A DNA stretch of 32,000 nt from Delftia acidovorans NBRC 14950. GTDB lineage: Bacteria; Pseudomonadota; Gammaproteobacteria; Burkholderiales; Burkholderiaceae_C. Below are positions 25,731 through 32,000 of this stretch, one piece after another. The notes under the pieces were generated by a model that saw only the letters and a program-made list of their open reading frames with translations, was not told the origin of the DNA and made no database searches. Position numbers and translations under genes: made by a program. The DNA is taken from contig NZ_BCZP01000003.1 of the NCBI RefSeq assembly GCF_001598795.1, positions 330,001-362,000 on the forward strand. Reading direction: 5' to 3'. Within the stretch, counting starts at the first letter, position 1. The number at the start of each line of letters is the position of its first letter.

Positions 25731-25761
25731 GTAGACAGAAACTGTATACAACTCTTGTGAC
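25731..25761. promoter_or_regulatory. Copy C of the TGTATACA-type operator motif (upstream of the gntR-puuE operon)
   Basis: GTAGACAGAAACTGTATACAACTCTTGTGAC. The core TGTATACA is at 25743-25750, and the motif ends 20 bp before the gntR ATG. Confidence 0.6.
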
Positions 25762-25780
25762 CAGCCGCTATGATGGCTGA

Positions 25781-26458
25781 ATGGAGACTTCCACCACCAG
25801 TTTCATTGTCGAGAGCCTGACCCGGGCCATCGTCGAACACCGTCTTCTGCCCGGCACCAAGCTGGCCGAGCAGAAATTGGCAGACCATTTCGGCGTCTCG
25901 CGCACCCTGGTGCGCCAGGCGCTGTTCCAGCTGTCGCAAAACCGCCTGATCCGGCTCGAACCCGCGCGCGGGGCCTTCGTGGCCACGCCCTCGGTGGACG
26001 AGGCGCGCCAGGTCTTCGCCGTGCGCCGCATGCTCGAAGCCGAGATGGTGCGCGCCTTCATCGCCCAGAGCACGCCGGCCAAGATCCGCGCGCTGCGGCA
26101 GCATGTGGCGGCCGAGAAAAAGGCCATGGACGGCAACGACGTCGGCCAGCGCACCGAGCTGCTGGGCGACTTCCACGTGCGCATGGCCGAACTCATGGGC
26201 AACGAGGTGCTGGCCCAGCTGCTGGGCGAGCTGATCTCGCGCTGCGCGCTGATCACGCTGATGTACCAGTCCAGCACGGCCGCCGAGCATTCCCATGACG
26301 AGCATGCCGAAATCGTCACGGCCCTGGCCGGCGGCGACGCCGACCACGCCGTGCAGCTCATGCAGCAGCACCTGGACCACGTGGAAGCCGGCCTGACCTT
26401 CGACCGCGACATGCCGACCAGCGATCTTTCGATGGCCCTTTCCTCCGTATCCGCATGA
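25781..26458 (+). CDS. GntR-family (FadR/FCD subfamily) transcriptional regulator
   Basis: 225-aa ORF. N-terminal wHTH ...LPGTKLAEQKLADHFGVSRTLVRQALFQLSQNRLIRLEP.... The all-helical C-terminal domain has His residues (...HVRMAEL...HDEHAEIV...) as in FCD domains. Confidence 0.85.
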   Translation: METSTTSFIVESLTRAIVEHRLLPGTKLAEQKLADHFGVSRTLVRQALFQLSQNRLIRLEPARGAFVATPSVDEARQVFAVRRMLEAEMVRAFIAQSTPAKIRALRQHVAAEKKAMDGNDVGQRTELLGDFHVRMAELMGNEVLAQLLGELISRCALITLMYQSSTAAEHSHDEHAEIVTALAGGDADHAVQLMQQHLDHVEAGLTFDRDMPTSDLSMALSSVSA

Positions 26459-27411
26459 CCTACGACGCCACTGCCCCCTATCCCCGCGACCTGATCGGCT
26501 ACGGTCGCACGCCCCCCCACGCCCGCTGGCCCGGCCAGGCCCGCGTGGCCGTGCAGTTCGTCCTCAACTATGAAGAGGGCGGCGAGAACTGCGTGCTGCA
26601 CGGCGATGCCGCCAGCGAGCAGTTCCTGTCCGAAATGTTCAACCCGGCCGCCTACCCCGAGCGCCACATGAGCATGGAAGGCATCTATGAATACGGCTCG
26701 CGCGCAGGCGTCTGGCGCATCCTGCGCGAGTTCGAGAAGCGCGGCCTGCCGCTGACCGTGTTCGGCGTGGCCACGGCCCTGCAAAAGCACCGCGAGCTGG
26801 CCCAGGCCTTCGATGAGCTGGGCCATGAAGTGGCCTGCCACGGCCTCAAGTGGATCCACTACCAGGGCGTGCCCGCCGAGGTGGAACGCGAGCACATGCA
26901 GCAGTGCATGGAGATCTTCGGCGAGCTGTACGGCCACGATGGCGACCACGGCCTGGGCTGGTACACGGGCCGCGACAGCCCCAACACCCACCGCATGGTG
27001 GCCGACGACGGCCGCTTCGCCTACGACAGCGACTACTACGGCGACGACCTGCCCTTCTGGATGAAGGTCGGCAAGAGCGACGGCAGCACCCACAGCCAGC
27101 TCATCGTGCCCTACACGCTGGACTGCAACGACATGCGCTTCGCCCTGCCCCAGGGCTACTCGCACGCCGACCCGTTCTTCCAATACCTGAAGGACACGTT
27201 CGACGCCCTCTACGCCGAGGGCGATCCGGCCGGCGATGACGCCCCCAAGATGATGAGCATTGGCATGCACTGCCGCCTGCTGGGCCGCCCCGGCCGCATC
27301 ACGGCACTGCAGCGCTTTCTGGACCACATCCAGCGGCACGACAAGGTCTGGGTCTGCCGCCGCATCGACCTCGCGCGCCACTGGGCGCACCACCATCCCG
27401 ACAAGGAATAA
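26455..27411 (+). CDS. puuE: Allantoinase PuuE (polysaccharide-deacetylase-type, metal-independent)
   Basis: 318-aa ORF whose ATG overlaps the gntR TGA (ATGA). ...YPRDLIGYGRTPPHARWPGQARVAVQFVLNYEEGGENCVLHGD... is typical of PuuE. Confidence 0.9.
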   Translation: MTYDATAPYPRDLIGYGRTPPHARWPGQARVAVQFVLNYEEGGENCVLHGDAASEQFLSEMFNPAAYPERHMSMEGIYEYGSRAGVWRILREFEKRGLPLTVFGVATALQKHRELAQAFDELGHEVACHGLKWIHYQGVPAEVEREHMQQCMEIFGELYGHDGDHGLGWYTGRDSPNTHRMVADDGRFAYDSDYYGDDLPFWMKVGKSDGSTHSQLIVPYTLDCNDMRFALPQGYSHADPFFQYLKDTFDALYAEGDPAGDDAPKMMSIGMHCRLLGRPGRITALQRFLDHIQRHDKVWVCRRIDLARHWAHHHPDKE

Positions 27412-27417
27412 CGCAGC

Positions 27418-29193
27418 ATGGCTCTGACGCTGGAACAACTCAACGCCGCCGACCTGGCCACCGCCGCCAGTCTGCTCGACGGCCTCTACGAACACTCGCC
27501 CTGGATTGCCGAGGCCGCGCTGGCCCAGCGCCCCTTCCGCTCGCTGGCCCAGATCAAGTACGCCATGGCCCAGGTGCTGGACAAGGCGCCGGTGCAGGCC
27601 AAGCTCGACCTGATCCGCGCCCACCCGGAGCTGGCCGGCAAGGCCATGGAGACCAATACGCTCACGGCCGAATCCACCAACGAGCAGAACAAGGCCGGCC
27701 TGACGCGCTGCACGCCCGAGGAGCTGGAGCACATCCGCAAGCTCAATGCCGAGTACGGCAAGCGCTTCGGCTTTCCCTTCATCCTGGCCGTGCGCGGTCC
27801 GCGCGGCGCGGGCCTGGCCAAGGCCGAGATCATCGAGACCTTCGAGCGCCGCCTGCACAACCATCCCGACTTCGAGCTGGGCGAGGCGCTGCGCAACATC
27901 CACCGCATTGCCGAGATCCGCCTGAACGACAAGTTCGGCTACACGCCCGAGCTGGGCAACGATGTCTGGGACTGGCAGGAAAAGCTGGCCCAGCACAGCG
28001 ACCCCGGCTATGCCGAAAAGGGCCAGCTCACCGTCACCTACCTGACCGATGCCCACCGCGCCTGCGCCCAGCGCATCAGCCACTGGATGCGCGACTGCGG
28101 CTTCGACGAGGTCGAGATCGACGCCGTGGGCAACGTCGTGGGCCGCTACAAGGCGGCCACCGACGATGCCAGGACTCTGCTGACCGGCAGCCACTACGAC
28201 ACCGTGCGCAACGGCGGCAAGTACGACGGCCGCCTGGGCATCTTCGTGCCCATGGCCTGCGTGCGCGAGCTGCACCGCCAGGGCAAGCGCCTGCCGTTTC
28301 ACATCGAGGTCGTGGGCTTCTCGGAAGAGGAGGGCCAGCGCTACAAGGCCACCTTCCTGGGCTCGGGCGCACTGATCGGCGACTTCAAGCAGGAATGGCT
28401 GGAGCAAAAGGATGCCGACGGCATCACCCTGCGCGAGGCCATGCAGCACGCCGGCCTGTGCATTGACGACATTCCGAAGCTGCAGCGCGATCCGGCCCGC
28501 TACCTGGGCTTCATCGAAGTGCACATCGAACAGGGCCCGGTGCTCAACGAGCTGGATATCCCGCTGGGCATCGTCACCTCCATCAACGGCAGCGCGCGCT
28601 ACATCTGCGAGATGATCGGCATGGCCAGCCACGCCGGCACCACGCCCATGGACCGCCGCCGCGATGCCGCCTGCGGCGTGGCCGAGTTGGCGCTGTACAT
28701 CGAAAAGCGCGCCGCGCGCGACGGCACCTCGGTGGCCACCATGGGCCAGCTCAATGTGCCCAGCGGCTCGGTCAACGTGGTTCCCGGCCGCTGCCAGTTC
28801 AGCCTGGACCTGCGCGCGCCCACCAACGAGCAGCGCGACGCCATGGTGGCCGACATCCTGGCCGAGATCGAGGCCATCGCCCAGCGCCGTGGCCTGCGCT
28901 ACAGCACCGAGCTGGCCATGAAGGCCGCCGCCGCTCCCAGCGCCCCCGAATGGCAGCAGCGCTGGGAAGCCGCCGTGGACGCCCTGGGCGTGCCCCTGTA
29001 CCGCATGCCCAGCGGCGCCGGCCACGACGCCATGAAGCTGCACGAAATCATGCCCCAGGCCATGCTGTTCGTGCGCGGCCTGAACGCCGGCATCAGCCAC
29101 AACCCGCTGGAAAGCTCCACCGCCGACGACATGCAACTGTCCGTCGATGCCTTCTCCCACGTACTGAACCAGCTGGCCCAAGAGCAGCAATGA
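27418..29193 (+). CDS. uraD-allC: Fusion protein: OHCU decarboxylase (N-terminal ~170 aa) + allantoate amidohydrolase (M20, C-terminal ~410 aa)
   Basis: The N-terminal part has LYEHSPWIAE, IRAHPELAGK and FPFILAVRG (OHCU decarboxylase). The C-terminal part has ...GNVVGRY...LLTGSHYDTVRNGGKYDGRLGI...VVGFSEEEGQRY...GHDAM... (allantoate amidohydrolase / carbamoyl-amidohydrolase branch of M20). AAGGAA SD lies inside the puuE 3' end. Confidence 0.9.
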   Translation: MALTLEQLNAADLATAASLLDGLYEHSPWIAEAALAQRPFRSLAQIKYAMAQVLDKAPVQAKLDLIRAHPELAGKAMETNTLTAESTNEQNKAGLTRCTPEELEHIRKLNAEYGKRFGFPFILAVRGPRGAGLAKAEIIETFERRLHNHPDFELGEALRNIHRIAEIRLNDKFGYTPELGNDVWDWQEKLAQHSDPGYAEKGQLTVTYLTDAHRACAQRISHWMRDCGFDEVEIDAVGNVVGRYKAATDDARTLLTGSHYDTVRNGGKYDGRLGIFVPMACVRELHRQGKRLPFHIEVVGFSEEEGQRYKATFLGSGALIGDFKQEWLEQKDADGITLREAMQHAGLCIDDIPKLQRDPARYLGFIEVHIEQGPVLNELDIPLGIVTSINGSARYICEMIGMASHAGTTPMDRRRDAACGVAELALYIEKRAARDGTSVATMGQLNVPSGSVNVVPGRCQFSLDLRAPTNEQRDAMVADILAEIEAIAQRRGLRYSTELAMKAAAAPSAPEWQQRWEAAVDALGVPLYRMPSGAGHDAMKLHEIMPQAMLFVRGLNAGISHNPLESSTADDMQLSVDAFSHVLNQLAQEQQ

Positions 29194-30482
29194 CCGACAT
29201 GAACCAAGACAAGCAAGCCACCTACGCCGCCCTGGACGCCTGGATCGACCAGCATTTCGATGAAGAGGTGCAATTCCTGCAGGCCCTGGTCCAGGTTCCG
29301 ACCGACACCCCGCCCGGCAACAACGCCCCCCACGCCGAGCGCACGGCCGAGCTGCTCAAGACCCTGGGCTACGAGGCCGAGAAGCACACCGTGCCCGAGG
29401 CCGAGGTCAAGGCCTACGGCATGGAATCCATCACCAACCTGATCGTGCGCCGCCCCTATGGCAGCGCAGGTGACGCCGGCGGCGGCCTGACCATTGCGCT
29501 GAACGCCCACGGCGACGTGGTGCCGCCCGGTGAAGGCTGGACCCAGGACCCCTATGGCGCCGCCATCGAGGACGGCAAGCTCTACGGCCGCGCCGCCGCC
29601 GTGAGCAAGAGCGACTTCGCCACCTTCACCTACGCCGTGCGTGCGCTCGAAGCCGTGGCCCGGCCCTCCAAGGGCGCGGTGGAACTGCACTTCACCTATG
29701 ACGAGGAATTCGGCGGCATCCTGGGCCCCGGCTGGCTGCTGGCCAACAACCTCACCCAACCCGACCTGATGGTCGCGGCCGGCTTCAGCTACGAAGTCGT
29801 CACCGCCCACAACGGCTGCCTGCAGATGGAAGTGACCGTGCAGGGCAAGATGGCCCACGCCGCCGTGCCCCACACGGGCGTGGACGCGCTGCAGGCCGCC
29901 GTGGTGCTGATGAATGCGCTGTACGCCGAGAACACCAAGTACCAGCAGGTGACCTCCAAGGTGCCGGGCATCAAGCACCCCTACCTGAACATCGGCCGCA
30001 TCGAAGGCGGCACCAACACCAACGTGGTGCCCGGCAAGGTCGTGCTCAAGATCGACCGCCGCATGATCCCCGAGGAGAACCCGGCCGAGGTCGAGGCCAG
30101 CATCCGCGCCGTCATCGCCCAGGCCATTGCCGACTTCAACGCCAAGGGCGGCTACACGGGCGAGGATGCCGTGCGCGTGGACATCAAGCGCCTGCTGCTG
30201 GCCAATGCCATGACGCCGCTGGCGGGCAACAAGCCCCTGGTGGACGCCATCCAGGCCCATGGCGAAGCCGTGTTCGGCGAAAAGCCCCCGGCCGTGGGCA
30301 CGCCGCTGTACACCGACGTGCGCCTGTACGTGGAGCGCGGCATTCCCGGCGTGATCTACGGCGCCGGCCCGCGCACCGTGCTGGAGTCCCATGCCAAGCG
30401 CGCCGACGAGCGCCTGGTGCTGGAGGACCTGCGCCGCGCCACCAAGGTCATCGCGCGCATGCTGTGCGACCTGACGGCCTGA
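29190..30482 (+). CDS. M20-family (ArgE/DapE/CPG2-like) amidohydrolase, substrate unknown
   Basis: 430-aa ORF whose ATG overlaps the upstream TGA (ATGA). M20 blocks are present: LNAHGDVVPPGEGW, TYDEEFGG and ESHAKRADE. The canonical GRGxxDMKG block reads GRAAAVSKSD. Confidence 0.85.
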   Translation: MTDMNQDKQATYAALDAWIDQHFDEEVQFLQALVQVPTDTPPGNNAPHAERTAELLKTLGYEAEKHTVPEAEVKAYGMESITNLIVRRPYGSAGDAGGGLTIALNAHGDVVPPGEGWTQDPYGAAIEDGKLYGRAAAVSKSDFATFTYAVRALEAVARPSKGAVELHFTYDEEFGGILGPGWLLANNLTQPDLMVAAGFSYEVVTAHNGCLQMEVTVQGKMAHAAVPHTGVDALQAAVVLMNALYAENTKYQQVTSKVPGIKHPYLNIGRIEGGTNTNVVPGKVVLKIDRRMIPEENPAEVEASIRAVIAQAIADFNAKGGYTGEDAVRVDIKRLLLANAMTPLAGNKPLVDAIQAHGEAVFGEKPPAVGTPLYTDVRLYVERGIPGVIYGAGPRTVLESHAKRADERLVLEDLRRATKVIARMLCDLTA

Positions 30483-30502
30483 CCGCCTGACCGCCTGACG
30501 GC
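30471..30502 (+). repeat. Four tandem octamers CTGAC(G/C)GC spanning the M20 stop codon
   Basis: CTGACGGC CTGACCGC CTGACCGC CTGACGGC, read directly. The four TGAs fall in all three frames. Confidence 0.8.
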
Positions 30503-30523
30503 CCGCATCAAGGCACGACACCC

Positions 30524-30548
30524 AAGCCCGGCGCCGCCGGGCTTTTTT
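30524..30548 (+). terminator. Intrinsic terminator of the gntR-puuE-uraD::allC-M20 operon
   Basis: AAGCCCGGC-GCC-GCCGGGCTTTTTT: a 7-bp GC stem followed by a T6 run. Confidence 0.85.
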
Positions 30549-30808
30549 GCGCCCGGGCACCGCATCGGGGTGCATGCACCGCCGCAGCCCATGCCGTGCT
30601 CCAGAGCCGCGCACGAACCGCGCCCAAGCCGCGCCAAGCCGCGCGGTAGCGGCCGCCAGGCACCAGCACGGTGCCTGGTGCTTGCCAGGCGGCTGGCATC
30701 CATCTTGCAATGCACCATGGCACTCCCGCCCTGGCAGGCGTTGCGCACCAAAACGGGTTGGCGCGACTGCCGCAACAGGGTTTACCGGGAGCAGAAACTT
30801 CCCATGAT

Positions 30809-30827
30809 CTGTATACACTTTTTGTAT
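30809..30827. promoter_or_regulatory. Copy D of the TGTATACA-type operator motif (upstream of the NCS2 permease)
   Basis: CTGTATACACTTTTTGTAT, ending 67 bp before the permease ATG. Confidence 0.6.
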
Positions 30828-30893
30828 GGATGTTGGCGCCGAACCCTGCCACGCCGGCGTCCGTTCCCATAAATCCCGAGGAGACAAATCCCC

Positions 30894-32000
30894 ATGCAAT
30901 CTTCCGTTCATCCCGTCGATGAGATGCTGCCCGCAGGCAAGCTCACGGCGCTGGGCCTGCAGCACGTTCTCGTGATGTATGCGGGCGCCGTGGCCGTGCC
31001 CCTGATCGTCGGCCGCGCACTCAACCTGCCGCCCGAGCAGGTGGCCCACCTGATCTCGGCCGACCTGTTTTGCTGCGGCCTGATCACGCTGATCCAGGCC
31101 ATGGGCGCCACCCAGTGGTTCGGCATCAAGCTGCCCGTGATGATGGGCGTGACCTTCGCCAGCGTGGCGCCCATGGTGTCCATGGCGCAGAGCACGGGCG
31201 GCTCGGCGGGGGCGGGGCTGATCTTCGGCTCGGTGATCGGGGCGGGGATCGTGTCCATCCTCATCGCCCCGCTGATCAGCCGCATGCTGCGCTTTTTCCC
31301 GCCCGTGGTGACCGGCACCATCATTGCCGTCATCGGCATCAGCCTGATGCGCGTGGGCGTGAACTGGATCTTCGGCAACCCCGTCGGCCCCACCGCTCCC
31401 AGCGTGCCCAACCCCGAGCACCTGAAATGGCTGGCCGACGCCCAGGCCACGGCCGGCGCGCCGGGCTCCTCGCTGCCGCCCGTGCCCAAGGGTTTCGCGG
31501 TCGTGCCCACCATTCCCAACCCCAAGTACGGCGACCTGACCGGCGTGGGCATCTCGGCCATCGTGCTGCTGTCCATCCTGCTGATCGCGCGCTTTGCCAA
31601 GGGCTTCCTGGCCAACGTCTCGGTGCTCATGGGCATCCTGATCGGCGGCGTGCTGTCCGTGGCCATGGGCCTGATGGACTTCAGCAAGGTCGCCAAGGCC
31701 GAATGGTTCACGATGGTGCTGCCCTTCGAGATCGCCACGCCGGTGTTCGACCCCATCCTCATCCTCACCATGAGTCTGGTGATGGTGGTGGTGATGATCG
31801 AGTCCACCGGCATGTTCCTGGCCCTGGGCGACATGACCGATCGCAAGATCAGCCAGGACGAGCTGACACGCGGCCTGCGCACCGACGGCCTGGGCACGCT
31901 GATCGGCGGCATCTTCAACACCTTCCCCTACACCAGCTTCTCGCAGAACGTGGGCCTGGTCGCCGTCACCGGCGTCAAGAGCCGCTGGGTCTGCGTGGCC
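30894..32000 (+). CDS. Nucleobase:cation symporter-2 (xanthine/uric acid permease) family transporter, 3'-truncated by the window end
   Basis: Not in the supplied ORF track because it has no stop in the window. Translated by hand from ATG 30894 (GAGGAG SD): MQSSVHPVDEMLPAGKLTALGLQHVLVMYAGAVAVPLIVG...MIESTGMFLALGDM...FPYTSFSQNVGLVAVTGVKSRWV..., which carries NCS2 signature blocks. The frame stays open for 369 codons to position 32000. Confidence 0.85.
   Translation, partial: MQSSVHPVDEMLPAGKLTALGLQHVLVMYAGAVAVPLIVGRALNLPPEQVAHLISADLFCCGLITLIQAMGATQWFGIKLPVMMGVTFASVAPMVSMAQSTGGSAGAGLIFGSVIGAGIVSILIAPLISRMLRFFPPVVTGTIIAVIGISLMRVGVNWIFGNPVGPTAPSVPNPEHLKWLADAQATAGAPGSSLPPVPKGFAVVPTIPNPKYGDLTGVGISAIVLLSILLIARFAKGFLANVSVLMGILIGGVLSVAMGLMDFSKVAKAEWFTMVLPFEIATPVFDPILILTMSLVMVVVMIESTGMFLALGDMTDRKISQDELTRGLRTDGLGTLIGGIFNTFPYTSFSQNVGLVAVTGVKSRWVCVA

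Noticed and set aside
25768-29190. 1140-aa minus-strand ORF spanning gntR, puuE and the uraD::allC fusion
   Set aside because: It is antisense to three well-supported + strand genes with clear family signatures. Its translation is Ala/Gly/His/Arg/Val-rich low-information sequence, typical of stop-free shadow frames in GC-rich DNA.
30570-30872. Small ORFs (83-139 aa, both strands) in the gap upstream of the permease, and a possible purine riboswitch there
   Set aside because: The translations are Arg/Pro/Ala-rich and mutually overlapping. I cannot recognise the conserved junction and loop sequences of a purine riboswitch, so I make no claim.
28899-31421. 840-aa minus-strand ORF across the M20 gene, the intergenic region and the permease start
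   Set aside because: It is a shadow frame. It runs straight through a strong + strand terminator and an obvious intergenic region, and has no domain-like sequence.

Overview
GC-rich, betaproteobacterial-looking (Comamonadaceae-like) chromosomal window. I support 27 CDSs. I found no rRNA, tRNA, CRISPR array, transposase or integrase. Left third (47-8257): a large lipoprotein of unknown function, then a c-di-GMP signalling neighbourhood made of a Crp/Fnr-like regulator, a membrane sensor GGDEF cyclase, a second Crp/Fnr-like regulator and an EAL-CBS-GGDDF protein. The rest is a dispersed but nearly complete route from urate to central metabolism. It comprises an orphan xdhC with membrane cytochrome-c urate oxidase puuD, uraH, a tightly packed gntR-puuE-(uraD::allC fusion)-M20 hydrolase operon, an NCS2 nucleobase permease (runs off the window end), and gcl-hyi-glxR with a divergent LysR regulator. 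A tartrate-utilisation-like operon (ttuC, Bug-family binding protein, glycerate 2-kinase) has its own divergent LysR regulator. About 2.9 kb of unrelated small genes (TonB-C-like lipoprotein, hypothetical, Arc-like repressor, SYLF lipoprotein, DoxX) separates xdhC from uraH. Main self-found signals: (1) four copies of a ~20-bp motif, AAAsTGTATACAnTTTTTGTA, all intergenic and all in front of urate-pathway units, which is probably the operator of the encoded GntR/FCD regulator; (2) a fusion of two non-consecutive pathway enzymes (OHCU decarboxylase and allantoate amidohydrolase), ATGA-coupled to an M20 hydrolase that carries Val where M20 enzymes normally have the metal-bridging Asp, a candidate for the ureidoglycine/ureidoglycolate step not seen in the window; (3) two non-FNR Crp-like regulators interleaved with c-di-GMP enzymes; (4) an Arc-like repressor whose divergent promoter carries phased repeats; (5) a recurring GTTTCAGG tail after intergenic hairpins. 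The many very long antisense ORFs in the track are GC-driven shadows and are rejected.
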